Shown: positions 1 through 13,221, counted from the first letter of the stretch. The stretch is DNA of 23,325 bases from Catajapyx aquilonaris (GCA_000934665.2 KZ538301.1:62001-85325), one strand, 5' to 3'. The notes: generated from the letters alone by a model not told the origin. Made by a program: numbers and translations.

Positions 1-3000
1 CCACAAATGCAGACCCTACTGTATACAATGATGTTTGTCAGGAATTGTTGAATTCATTTTTTACAACTTCAAAAAGAACTATAATAATTTTTAATAATAA
101 AGTAGAGCCAACACATACCACAAAATCCTGATGACTCACAAAAACTCAGCGTGACTCACCTTAGGAAAATATTTGTTTTCTTCCGCGTTTACCTCCCCCT
201 CCCCTTCCCCCACCCCCACTTCTATTCCTTCATCTTCCGGGGGAAGGAAGGCAAACAAAAGAAGTCCATAACCGGACAGCTTCCTGTCTGAGCAAAGCTG
301 CATCTCCCCGAAAAACACGCACCCTACGTCTATCTTGGCCTAGCAATTTATTGGACAGCAGTCGTTTTCAAAAGAGGATGGAGGGAGCGAGGGTAGGGGC
401 GCATCAGAGCTCTACCAGGGGCAAATCTATCCGACTCTATCCCGAGCGGAAACTTTGCTATAGCCCACACCCACACCCTAACCCCCACAAACCACGCTCC
501 CTTTATGTAATGGTGCTCGTTTTTGGGATGGGCCACAATTTCTTTTGTCTCACTAGACATTTTCAGGTCTACCAACTCCTGATAATACTTTGTTCACATC
601 CAGGTCTTACTTATGAAACGAGAAAGAGCATGAAGGCAGTTTGACCAGTACTGTACCATATAGCTTCGAGTTATTTTATTAAACGCGAGACTCGTATTTT
701 TCCTTAATAATTCAACATTTTTCGTGCTGGAAACACTTGGTACATGCATTATTACAAAACCTACAACAGATACGATTAACTGGATTAAGGCAACAATCGT
801 GGGTACTATTGTTTTTCATTATATACAGATGGGCTTCCCATTCACCTACTCAAAAGACACGTTAAAATAAAGAATTTACTGCAGAACTGTATTATTGGAT
901 AATCAGACCACTTCGACATATCGGTATAATTAGATGAGTTTATTCCAAACAGTACTGCACCCCCCCCCCCCAACAAAAAACCCCAGCAGTGTCAGAAAAT
1001 GATAGGCGGCATGGCAATCGATTACAGGGCGGAATTAGGCAGTTTTTTTGGCAGAAAAAAGGTCGCCACTACCTCTGACAACTTGTACCTGGATAACTCA
1101 CTTCAAAAGTCGACACATGAGCAGCGAGGCGACAAGCTGTCCGTCATGTTACCGTGTGACAAAATGTCGGGACAGACGAGATATAACAAACTCTGTCCCA
1201 CGACTGATTACCCCCACATCAAAATTCCCGCGACAAAATGGCTAGAGAGGCGAACTTTCAATCGCGCGCCAGAAGTAATTACAGTGTCGGATCAGAGTGT
1301 ACGTCGGCTTTAATTCTAGTAAACACGTCCGTCCTCGCATGGGGCGGGAAAACTCAAATACCGAATATGGCTGACCACCTACATGCACTATCTGGAGTGG
1401 TCAGCGCTGCTCTGTAGGTTGGTATCACCACAACAACGCCTCCCCCCCACCAGCCCTCCCCCCTCCCCTGCGTCCCTTGGGCTAACAAATCTGGGTTTGG
1501 TCCGTTCCGCTTGGAACGACGCCGAAGCGATGGACTGCAAACTGCATTCGAGTGGAAGACCAGGAGCCCATTGATTGGAATACTGATGAAGCCCATTACA
1601 ATGGCAGAACGCCCCCCTCCCTCCCCCTGGCCCCTCCACTACCCGCACCACACTATCCCCCCCTCCCCTCCTCCCCCTGCCCCCCAACCAGCCGTGAAAT
1701 TCCTCCCATTCTCCTTTTATCTCCACCAGTTATGCTGGAAACCGCCCCGACCGCATCCATCCCTCTATTTCCAATCACTTTGTGCCCCGGGATTTTTTAT
1801 CCGGATTAAAAATTAAGTGCTAGATCCTATTGGAAATTTACACCCATTAATCTCCTTTTCATTACCAGCTGAAATGCCGAAATACGCTTTCAATATTAAC
1901 GCGAAAATAATAGCAAATAAAAAAACGGTAAGCTGGGTAAAACGGGAGGGATCTGGCTTGATTTGCATTTTCAAAAAAAAAAAACATACAAAAGGACGGC
2001 AGCAAAAGGATGATGACAATGAGAGTGACCTTCGTACCTGGCCTTTAATCCTCAGTGGGTATGCAACCTGCGAGCATAGTGCTCAGCCAGTAATCTACTC
2101 GTCAGGAGTTAAGAGGGGTTGCTTCATTCCTAGTCAGATGTAGCTTTTGTTTATTACGCCAGATAACCTAAATGTTGTGTTGCAAACGCCTAGTCCGGAA
2201 AATCCGGGGATCCAAGTCGACATCCTCCAGTTTCCTTGCAAAGTGCGCTTTCGGAGCAACCCCGTGGGGGTGGGGGCAGGAGAGTAGAGCAGCAGAGTGG
2301 GTAGTTAAAATTCGTGGAAGGGAATATCGGGAGGAGTGGGGGAGGGAGGGTGGGAGTCGGGAGGCCCAAGCAGGGCACGTTGGATGCTGCTGCACTCAGC
2401 GACACCTTATTGAGGGCCCGCGATTGGACTCCATACACAAATCCGGGAGGCTGCCTCCGGAATTCCCAACCAACCAACCCCCCTACCCCCCTCCGGATCC
2501 ATCTCCTCGTTGACTATTCTGTCCGCGGGTCTTCAGATCCACACGTGCGCCCCACTTACACGCACCTCATATTTTATTGCAGCACAGGCTCACACCAAAA
2601 CCGATCCTACTTCCACCCGGACATTATCTTTCCGATTTCTACCAGGTGAACAGATTCAAGCTCAACAGATGGCGACTCTCAGCTAGGTCATCAATAGTCG
2701 GTGGTTATATCGCACAATATACTGTACAAGTTTTGCCAAAGGTTAGCCCATCGCTGTTGGCAGGGAGCGAGTGTGCCGTACCTGTGTATTGCAGAGGACC
2801 ATTTCTCCGGGAGGGCATGAGGCAATCAGAAGTCAAATTGCGGGCGTGATGTGACACTCCAGCCGCCATTTTGCAGCTGCAGTGGTGCCACCGAGCTTAA
2901 TAACTCGGACCGGCCCGTTTTGGGAAGCAAACTTCCACCCATCTGCCTACCCTCATCTCACACTAAACCATCCACACCACTCCATTTTTATTTTTTGGAA

Positions 3001-4088
3001 TTTTTTTGACCCAGGTCCAAATCATCCTCCAAGCTCCAATCAACTGCAACGTCATCGCGGGTGATACAACAGTGATGGATCACAACGTGCAAACTGACCG
3101 GCAACACGCTACATGCGGCAGTGCAAAAATTTCTCTCCTAGAATTCAGTCCCATTACAAACAGTAACGCGCACATTACAAGAACGCACGACGGTTTATCA
3201 GGCCCCGCCGACCTTCCTGTTTCATTGGTTCGTTCCAAATAAAATGGTCAATCGACTTCAGGAAAACATAGCAGGGAAATTGGGGGGAGGGGGGGGGAGA
3301 CAAAAAAAAGCGTCGGCTCGAAGTGCTGACACGAGTGCACGTTCACATTAAGTCCGGCGCGAGCAAATATGGCGATGGGAACAGGCAGATCTGTTTGGTA
3401 GCGCAGGAATTACGCGGCGTCATCTGCAATTCTCATGTTTGCCAAAGCCCGAGTGATGTTCCTGTACACATAAGCAGTAAGCCGCTTGCTTGTTTGAACA
3501 CCAAAGGCCTTCCTCCAACTGCAAATTAAGCCCTGGATGACTGCACTGTTGATTCGGCCATGAACATGTCCTCCACCTCCTCCAAAAATTTTATTTCCGT
3601 CCCTCCTCCTACCGCCTCTCCCCACCTACCATGGGGAAGGGTGGCTTTTTTTTATCATTCCAGGCTTCCTCTTCCATGGGAGCAAAGGTGAAATGGCAGC
3701 CGCGGCGCCTAATTATACTTAATAACCATCATTGGTTAATTAAACACACGGAATGCTAGTGATTCGTGCTGGCCATTATTCCTGCCTTTCATCCATAAAA
3801 GACGTATTGATTCGGTGCAAAAATGGCCGAGTCAGCTCACCACTTGCGTTATGAGTATGTACTAGCATATTATTATGCGAATGATAACGCGGCGCATATT
3901 TAAATTTACCTAGTTGCCAGAGTTCAACCAAAAGTAACACGATAGCCGGAAAGGCATCAATTTTAATTAACTCTACGACCTTTTATAATAAGCGGCACCA
4001 TGTTTCTCAGTGGCTTATTATGAAATAAATACTACTGGATGAATATACCGGAGCACATCTTCATTCCAAAGCATGATTACATCTTAAT

Positions 4089-4494
4089 ACCGAAGCAGTA
4101 GTGGCGGAGGGGATTTGGTATCCGACTGCTAATCGGGAGGTCCTGGGTTCGAGTCCCGGAGGCTGGCGGTCCTGACCTTGGTTTTCTGTGGTTTTCCAAG
4201 GTCGCCCCAGGAATAATTTCCGGGATCGTACCGTAAAATAGGCCACAGCCGCTTCCTTCCTTTCCCTGTCCTGGAGGAGGTGCGGGTTAGTCGGGGGTTT
4301 CTGACTCGCATCTATAGGGGGTCATCTTGGCGAACGGGCCCGCTGAGGGACTGCACACGACCCCCAACTTGATGACATTGCACATGCACCAGTGTCCCCC
4401 CCTCCTATCCCCACCCTGTCCCTGCACATAGTGGTATTCCACTCCCCTAAGAGAGCCCATGGCTCTAGCACGGGGTATATCTAAAAAAAAAAAA
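4089..4494 (+). mobile_element. tRNA-derived SINE, full length (copy A), with Lm1/Talua-like central domain and poly(A) tail
   Basis: A perfect 14-bp TSD GATTACATCTTAAT lies at 4075-4088 and 4495-4508. The tRNA-like head has an A-box-like TGGCGGAGGGG, anticodon arm TCCGA-CTGCTAA-TCGGG (4121-4137) and B-box GGTTCGAGTCC (4146-4156). The central block GGTTTTCTGTGGTTTTCC...CCGGGATCGTACCGTAAAATAGGCCACAGCCGCTTCCTTCC resembles, from memory, the conserved domain of polyneopteran SINEs. It ends CGGGGTATATCT plus an A run. Head and central block recur at 13589. Confidence 0.92.
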
Positions 4495-4781
4495 GATTAC
4501 ATCTTAATCAGCGAATAGAATCAAACTGACGTTAACAATGGCGTAATTTCTGGTCATCTAATATTGAGAATTGCCACATTCACTTACTCATTGTACCGTA
4601 CCACAGAAAGTCACTAATTTAATACTTGCCGAATATAGTCAGTTATAGTATATTCGTTGAATACGGTATAATGTTAGCCATAAGTTAGTTCGGAAACCAT
4701 CCCAACTTTCTTAACCACATATGCAACAGTGGTTGAACTAAATACATCAATATAGACCTACCGGCTGCCTACCGGTACCTA

Positions 4782-4782
<1 letters not shown>

Positions 4783-4857
<75 letters not shown>
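4783..4857. repeat. (ATT)25 microsatellite
   Basis: Pure ATT run read directly from the sequence. Confidence 0.97.
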
Positions 4858-4858
<1 letters not shown>

Positions 4859-5189
4859 CGTATGCAGCCTAGAAGCATAACAAAATGAACCATGGATATG
4901 GGTTATCATCACATCGCAAGATTGTCCCTAAATAGAGCTCTGGTATTAATATACTACCGTATATTTACATGTAAGTATTTTAGTTGAGCACAATGTACCC
5001 TTTTTCAAAATGGGTTATTGTGACCCAAGATCCTTAACAATAGCAGTGTACTGGCCCTATGCAAGCAATAATAAATCTCCTGAGCTCCCCCTCCCACCCT
5101 CTCCTCGTTCCACTTTATCCTAAATCTCCTCCACCCACCCACCCACCCACCCATGCAGAGGCTGCTTTGGTCCGAGCCAAGGGCTCCCC

Positions 5190-5470
5190 CATCTCCCTCC
5201 TTCCTTCCTTCCTTCCCTCCCTCCCTCCTTCCCTCTCTTCTCTCCTTCCCTCCCTCTTTTGGCAAATGAGCCTACAGCTCTCCAAACTTAGTCGGTGCTG
5301 ATCAATCTTTGCAACCGACAGCTTGCAAGAAAATGAGCCAGAATTCAATTTGCGGAGCTACATGGAATAGGGAAAGAGACGGCGGGGTTGGGGGGTTGAG
5401 GCCGGTGGGAGGAGGAGGAGGAGGAAGAGTGGAAAGGGGGCAAAGGAGGAGGAGGAGGAATGGGGGAAGG
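5190..5470. repeat. Low-complexity polypyrimidine (CCTT/CCCT, about 5190-5260) and polypurine (GGA, about 5408-5470) tracts
   Basis: Seen directly. Similar tracts occur at about 1610-1690, 2325-2365, 7195-7240, 7400-7490, 7575-7645 and 15895-15930. Confidence 0.85.
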
Positions 5471-8400
5471 CGCCGCCGCAGTGGTGATGACTCGCCCCTG
5501 TCAACTATGCAACCGGTTGAAGAAAAAAGGCGCGTTGGTGTCGTACCTCACAGGATGATGGCGGCTGATTCTTGCACGACTATAGCTTCTGGAGCGGTGG
5601 ATTATAGAGCGTCGGCTGCAAATTGAAAGACAAGAGTGTCTGTGTCTAATATGAAGGAAGGCTTTTCCGGGATTCAAATGGCGCCTGCATAATGCAATCC
5701 GCAGTTTAACGATCTGCTCTAAACTTAATAAAGAGCCGGAGCGGAGCACTTGAGGCCTTCTTTCGGACGCCACCGACGCGACGCCTTTAGCCGCCAATTT
5801 TAATGCTGCCACCCGCTTCTCGTTTTACACTGTTTTTATTTGTTAATCCTCTCCTTAATGCTCCGGGATGGGAAACATTACTCGCGCCTGAGACTAAGCA
5901 GATGCATCAGGCTTCTCCTGTGGAAGACATTTGCCACATTTTGCACATTTGGGAACAAGGGGCCTCAACCTACCCTACGTCACAGATGCATAGCTCACTT
6001 TCATTTTCCCTACCACATTATTCATCTCTTTTATTATTATTACGCGCAATTATTTCTGCCTGATGAAGCGCGCTAAACTCGAATGATGAAAAGGATGTCG
6101 GATCAACGCCGATTATTTAAGGGTATACACAAAACCATCAGTTATTCGAGTGCAACTAGTGCATAACATACGCAGCCATACACACCACCTCACATACCTA
6201 GCTTTACCAGTGCTGCCAAAAAAATCTGGCTAAATGCGCGTTGCGTTATGAAATTCCTCGTGGCTGTCCTAGTGGCACTTGCGCGATAATTATTGACACT
6301 CCGCTTCTTCACTCCTTTTGTGCCGTTCTCCGCGAAAAAGACCGCACTTGCCAACAATTGGCCCATTTAAAAAAGTGGTGCTCATTCCCCCAATTTGATT
6401 CCCGGAATTGATTTTGCGGCAGGCGCTGCCTTCCATCGGGATGTCAACAACCCGCAATAACGACTACCTGGCAATACACTGCATACTTTCCACACCCTAA
6501 GGCCTGACATTTTTTGTGGGTGGACTGATGGGTGGACAGGACCTAGGTTATACTAGTTATTTTAGCGCTGGCTGCCATTAAAAAGAGAATTTTTAATAAT
6601 TGATGGGCGTCAGGAAAGCACGATGATTACTACCGGCGAGCTGGAAAAAGTCCCAACTACTACTGCTCCATCCAGGTGAACACACCGGAGCTTTTTTTCC
6701 AGCACTTGCGCTCGGCTAATGACATCGCTTTTCCCCTTTCGGTGGGGAGGGTGGATCCCAGGAGATAAACTGCATAATTTAAGCGAACAAATGTTGTTGT
6801 AAAAGCATTTTGGTATACTCATATTTTCCCCAAGTCCTCGTGAGAGATGATTACTGAAGGCAGATCAGCACTACACAGTCTTTCTTCGATCATAAACAGT
6901 ACATAGCTACATCAGACAAACAACCGCGCCATTGCTTCTGGCTATAGTGCCTTCAATATTCAATTGAAAATGAGGTCTGCCTCAAGTTTTAAGTATCCTT
7001 ATATTGCAGTTCTGCAGAAGGTCTCATCTTAAAAACATGCCCAATAAGTCGATATGCAAAGAATGCGCCATTTTATTTCCCTCGGTGAAAACATGGCCCC
7101 CTCCTCCTTCAATTGGCAAGGGAGAGAAGGAATAGGCTCCATAAACAACCAGGGCCCCTCTCCACAACCCCTACCAAATCTATTCAACCGCCCTGTTTCT
7201 TCTCCTCCCTCTTCTTCTCCCCCTCCCTCCCCCCTCCCCTGGAAAAAAAGTTGTTGCCCTCCCATCTACCCCTCCAAAACCACCGCCAAAGTTGAATTCC
7301 CTGATTTGCATTCCCGGGTTGGGGGAGAGTTCGCTTTGGTCCTTTCCTTCCTTCTTAATTGGAATGTCACGGGTTTTGAGGCCTGCAGAGAGAGAACGGG
7401 AAAGGGGGAAGGAGGGGAGGGAGGGAGGGGGCTGGAGAGTGAGGAAATTAACACCCTCCCTCCCTCCCTCCCACCCTCCCTCCTCACTAGGTCCAATCCT
7501 GCTCTGGAACCATGTCGAGGCGTGAAGGTGGGCTCGTGGGGAAGGAAATTGGCTTGATGAAAAGCGTTTCGAACAGGGAGGGGGGTGGGAGGTGTGGTTG
7601 ATGACAGGAGGGGAAAGTAGGGGAGGAGGGGGCGGGCGGGGGGAGAAAATATAATGCTTCGACTTCTTGTTGATTTCCCACCCAGCGTGTGAGACTGACA
7701 CCAATGATTCCCCCTCCCCTCTAAAAACATGTCAGGCTCAATATAATGCCACTCTCCGGCCGTACACAATCCGGAATCAAATTCACAACGTGCTGTACCT
7801 TTTTGCTCAATAAGTCTCGCAGAAAAATTGGCGAATTGTCAGTGGTTCGGACAGGGCTCTGTGATTCCAGGTGACAGCTTATTGGCAACTCCCACAGTGA
7901 CAATTAATAGCACATGATCATATGCTGTATGGAACGCACGCAACATTTACAAGTAGACTTACGTAAAAGCCGACCCTTTTTGACGAGGTGAAAAATCGTG
8001 TGCTTGACAGTCATTAACATAATGCCCCCATTACATACCCTGAGAGTGCAAATAAACTTGTCAGCCGGCTCATTCCGATCCTAATTTAAATGAACATCCC
8101 AATTTTGGAAAACACGTCTGGAACAATGTCGCCCCCTGCCATTATTATTATTTTGGTAGCAGACAAGGCGGCGTAAACAGGAGTGGGACGTGTCACGCGA
8201 GGCAGTCTTGGAATGAGTCCGGATTAATTGTGAGCAAGTGGTGAGAGGCCTGGGCGTTTCCAGTTGGGAAGGAGCCGCCTCCTCTCAGCTATTTCTCACC
8301 TACTAAATCACGTGACGGGGCTTCTGGATGTTCCGGGCCAGTCAGACCCCGGAGTTATGAGGCCCCCACGCGCACACATCGCGTGAGAATCATCTCGCAG

Positions 8401-8710
8401 GGCTTGTTCTACAGGACTCCCCCACGCCCCCTCACTCCTCACCCTATTCTCACCCCCTGCGAGGAACAGTGATTCATGTGTGCGGCGCGTGTGCGACGCC
8501 ATGTGCATGCGTGCCCTGCATCTGTCTGCTTCAAGACGTGGACACACCCACGCACTTATATTGCCGTATTCAGCTATCTGTTTCAATCCTCGCGACGCAT
8601 CGACACATTCCTTTTGCGACAAGGTATCACTCGGCACTTAATAAATTTTATCAATAACACGCTCGCAACAATGCCAACTTTGCTTGGTTCCCCTGGAGTG
8701 GGATATGTAT

Positions 8711-8834
8711 CAACAGTCCAAAAAGAATTGTCCCTCGCGTCGAGCGGGCAGCCACGCGTCAGGATGAAAGGAACCAGTTAACTGGTTGCTTTCATCCTGA
8801 CGCGTGGCGGGGGACAATTCTTTTTGGACTGTTG
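8711..8834. repeat. 124-bp foldback palindrome, probably a small Tc1/mariner-type MITE
   Basis: 8711-8734 (CAACAGTCCAAAAAGAATTGTCCC) is the exact reverse complement of 8811-8834. 8751-8779 pairs with 8780-8808 with one mismatch and no spacer. TA follows at 8835-8836 and TAT precedes at 8708-8710. Confidence 0.85.
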
Positions 8835-10946
8835 TACAAACCACTTCGTACAAGAATGACCTCAAATGGAATAAAACTGTACACTGATATTGTCGCGAAT
8901 GTTTTAATTATTGCATTATGAGACAGATACGCGCTGCAAAATGAGATGCGGCGAAAGATAAAACAACAAAGCTCATCAACTGCTTCGCTTGGGTCGATTT
9001 TGGTGCAAAAAATTCCTTTGTATAAAGAGGAAAAAACTGTTAGAATGTATCTTGCCATTTCACAAACATTACATTATTCACGCAATCTCCTGGCATTATG
9101 CGTGTATATACCAACAAATGAGAGCGCCGAGTGTGCACAATTGCAACAAGTAACGTTTCCACTCATTGACAAAGTGGTACAGAAACGAAGAACAAAATTG
9201 CGCCAAGCATACTCGGCTACATATACATAGCAAGCAATGGCAGCACGCATAGCTCACAAAATGCCAAGCACATGTATATACACTTGGCCTCGAAATCAAC
9301 TCGCTAATCTCGCATTTGTCCTTCATGTGAACACTCCACGAGTAAGGGTTTCCACTTGTGTCATTCCAGGTGTTACGTGTCAGAAAGGTGCGTAGTATAA
9401 TTCAACATCTGATTCGCAGTGTTTCATGCCCTCGTGAGACACGTCAGTGCACAAAGCACACATCCGTACCTACTTCTCAGCGAATTACGTTCACTTATCG
9501 ATCTTACGATATCACATGTGTACTCGTTTCTTTCTACACCGATTTCTATCACTTCCGCCATCAGGAAAAAAAATCATTAGCGGGAATCTTTTCCGTCGTC
9601 GGGGCATTCCTCTTACGCAATTACGAGCTGAAAACTTTTCCGAGGACTAACAAAAGTGCAATATGAGTCAAAAAGCGATAACAATATAAACAAATTAGAC
9701 CCATTTTAATCTAATGAGCGGAGTTTGCTCCTAAAGTTAGGAAAATTTTGGCATTATCCGAAAGAGACAGACTATCGCATGGTATGATTTACAACCCAAC
9801 TTTTAGTGAAGTGTTAATTTGGACCTCTATACAACGTTAGCTGGTGTTCGCATGGCATGGTTGTCTTGTCTCTGACTCGCACAACGGCAAGGATGACCGT
9901 CACAAGACCCAAAGACAACAACGCCTGTGTGAACGCGCAAAACGTGCAACAAAGCATCCTGTCCTCAATTCATCTGTTGGGCTTCAGCAATAATTGGCCA
10001 GGTTGTAACAGGCGCATGAATGACAACACATCTGATAACAGTTTGACGACGACATTCGAGTGGTATTTGAAAAGGGAATAACAGCCGTTTGGACCCTACT
10101 TTTGACGGGGGTGTAACCCTGGGCACCTGAATCTGGATACAGCTATCAATCGTAAATCTACGCTTTAATCTGAAAGGGAGTGTGAGATATCGGTTGGAAT
10201 CACGGTTTTTATCTATACTGTCATACATGCTAGTGCTCCATTCTGCATGCCTGTCACCGTATTTTGAAATAAAATATCGTGAAACATTCAGAAGCGATGT
10301 CACGCGTGACCTGCCAAAATGTCATCTGCCACCACCAACCAGGGAACATGTAAAGTATATGGCTATAGGCCTACTCCCCTCCCCCCCCCCCCTAATCTGT
10401 ACGTTGCGTTTCGTCTATTTCCTGGCACTCTTCCTTTTTTCTTTCTTCCCTTCTCGTCTTTTTCTTTGGTGAGGGCATCGAGCAGTCAGTCGGTTGGTAT
10501 TCGGCAGGGGTTTCTTCCCCGGGGTTGAGCCGTAAATGAATTCGGGCGGGCTCTAATGCCGTGTCAAAGTGTCAATAAAGATGGCGCTTTCATCAGGAAG
10601 GAAGGAGGGGTCCCGTCCCTTTGTATTGGAGGCAGCCCCAGCCAGCATCCTCCCTCAAATAAAGGAATCAAATCTGAGGTCCATACTGTTTCCCCACGGA
10701 GCCTGACTGGCATTGGGCTTCTTTTTTCTTTCTTTTTGGGGAGAAGGAAGGGAAAGGAAAGAGGGTGGTGGGCAGGAAGAGTCCATTTTCTTCCTTCCTT
10801 TTGTGAGTCCGGGGGTCTTTGGGGTCAATTGGGTGGCCGCACCAAGGGCGGAAAGTCCCGGACACATCCTGCACAAATTTCCTTGGTCGATTGGGAACCA
10901 GTCCCAATGGGATTAGAGATTTCTCTGAATCCTCCTTTTTCTTCCT

Positions 10947-10952
<6 letters not shown>

Positions 10953-10978
<26 letters not shown>
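10953..10978. repeat. (CT)13 microsatellite
   Basis: Seen directly, embedded in a longer pyrimidine tract. Confidence 0.93.
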
Positions 10979-12415
10979 TCCTCAGGTGTATTCAGGGACA
11001 AACTGATCCACTCACAAACGTGTGCCACATAAACACACATCACACGTTCAGGTTCCTAAATATACAAAGATCCGCTATTCCAGCTAATATACGAATAACC
11101 TATTTTGAATTTAATAGCACGCATTCACCTGTAGTTACCTGGCTCAATTTACTAGCCAATCGCCGACATCGGATTGTATGGGTGTGTTCATGTGTGTGGG
11201 TTGTGTCTATGAGCTTTCCTGTCAATACAAGCTCCCAAAGCAAATTACATTGGGCAAAAAACGCACCCCGCTCAATCCACACGATTTTCAGGGGCTCCCC
11301 AGATTTATGGCCCTATATCATCCGGGCGTGCATGACCTGCAATACTAACCGGCGTTAAATTTTATCGGCTGACATGCGGCCCAGTGCATGCAAATGCAAG
11401 CATGCCCTTTTGTTTGTGACTCGGTGGGGGAGTCTGCTTGTACAATGCGTGACCTCACACAAGAGAGAGACGCCTGACGACGCTTTCCAGAAGTGCCCAC
11501 ACACTGCCTCGGAATTAATCAAGGTTGCGCTCCGATACCCACTAACAAGACGTCGATCAGATCTGGGTCACATCAATCAATTATTGGTATGTGACTGTGA
11601 CATGATTGTCAGGTTGCCATTATGCCACACGGTGATGTTTTCATTAATCCGGGACATGCATACTGGCATATCATGATATGTTATGAACACTAACGATTGT
11701 TATGCTCAATCCGACATTTTTAAATCATTAGAACACAATAATTTGTCAAAAATGGAGGGAATAAAAATTAACATCGACAGTTACTGTATATACTCGTACA
11801 TAAAGTGAATATCTGATCCCAGTTGTCGGCTTTATTATACGGATCAGCCCGTATAGATTACATAATGCAGTATAAATAATATGTCTGGAACTGGGAATTA
11901 TCCCCCTTCCCTATTGGTTACACATACACTGGACTACTTATTCTCCATATAAATCTCCTGAATCGGTGCAAGCTCGTCAGGATTCCCCTGGATTTTGGCG
12001 ATATTTTTTCGGACTCCACCTCCATGAATACTGCAAAGTGGGGCTTCCGGGTTAACCTGGCTTAGGCAGGATTTTCTTCCAAGTGTACAACGAGTATCCA
12101 ATGAATATTTCATCTAACTGTAGATGCCGAGGTTGTAAATCCCACTGAACTGATACAATATACGTTTCAGCAGCCCCGACACTATAACTGGAAAATGCTA
12201 ACATATGGAATTCTCCCAAGTTATGTCAAGTGATATATCACACTGTCAGGCACAGGAACTATGTGCTCACAAGTTGTAGCTCTGGTATCGACGAATTCCA
12301 GTAATAATTATAACTGTCACAATGTCAGTGTAAAGTAGATAACCGATGCCCGAATTTCAAAGTGAAATGACAGTTAGTGCAAGTAGTGGTTATCGGCTGG
12401 CTGAACTCCCAGCAT

Positions 12416-12442
12416 CAGCAGCAGCAGCAGCAGCAGCAGCAG
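12416..12442. repeat. (CAG)9 microsatellite
   Basis: Seen directly; no convincing exon context around it. Confidence 0.93.
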
Positions 12443-13221
12443 ATATTTGGCATGGACTCTGAATCGACACCATTTGGTGTCAGGAGATGACCTACAGGCA
12501 GGAATCTGAAAGGCACCAGCTGCACGAAACCATAATTGAGTGTCCCAAAAACGTGTCTTCATCTGACATGCTTGCATTTCCCTTGTCCTGTTTGCATTTG
12601 TGAGTCAGCCGGCGCACGCTTCACATTAACCTGCAACTTCTCGCCACTTTAGGAAAAGAGGATGCGGCGGCACTAATACTCCGCGCAAATTAATTTATTA
12701 AATTATCCCTGCGACTGCAGGACGTGTAAGGAGATTAAAACGGCACTTTGCATTTTCGGACGTCCCCCGACACAAGATAAAGAGAGCTTTTGCTGCGGCC
12801 TGCCCCTGCAGTTTAGGGATGTCCACATTTCTCCACACAGAAATATTGGGTCGTTGCCTCATCAATCACACACTTGTTCACCTAATCACGGACAATTGAT
12901 CCGGTCACCACATCCCAGAGGCATACCAACTTGTAAGATATCCAGTTCCCACTGCTCACTCACTGCCCAGTCAGATCGGCTTTGTGTTCCCAACACACAT
13001 GGCAACGGAATGCATTCTCATTTGGCATGTGTGATATCTATTGGGAACGTGCATGGAGATGCAGTCTGCCACCCAATATTGAACCATTGTTAATACCCAT
13101 GGAGGCCTACAATAGCTATAGGATCACTATAATAATAATAAATCACTCGTTCAAGTTTGAAGACATGAAACAAGTGGCACTCTGAACTGTTACTTGCTAG
13201 TCTATTGCAATAATCGTAATC

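Noticed and set aside
999..1313. 104-aa ORF in CpG-rich sequence with a small inverted repeat (GGGACAGA/TCTGTCCC)
   Set aside because: No recognisable domain, splice context or element boundaries.
4089..4170. Functional tRNA-Ser gene (also 13589-13665) and tRNA-Gly gene (about 21853-21920)
   Set aside because: Acceptor stems are poor, and each head is fused to a SINE body with a tail and TSD.
4326..4345. GGCGAACGGGCCC resembling the HDV ribozyme J4/2-P2 segment
   Set aside because: I could not build the P1/P2/P3/P1.1 nested pseudoknot upstream, and the motif is absent from copy C.
7029..7769. Overlapping 167-174 aa ORFs on both strands
   Set aside because: These are Pro/Gly/Ser-rich translations of purine/pyrimidine tracts that lack stops for compositional reasons.
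10930..10990. Pyrimidine tract plus CAG|GT as a splice acceptor or recursive splice site
   Set aside because: The tract is a CT microsatellite, GTGTAT is a poor donor and no exon is evident.
11782..11872. TACTGTATATACTCG resembling a Tigger/pogo MITE end
   Set aside because: No convincing matching inverted end was found.
12416..12442. CAG repeat as a polyglutamine (opa) coding exon
   Set aside because: There is no long open frame or splice support around it.
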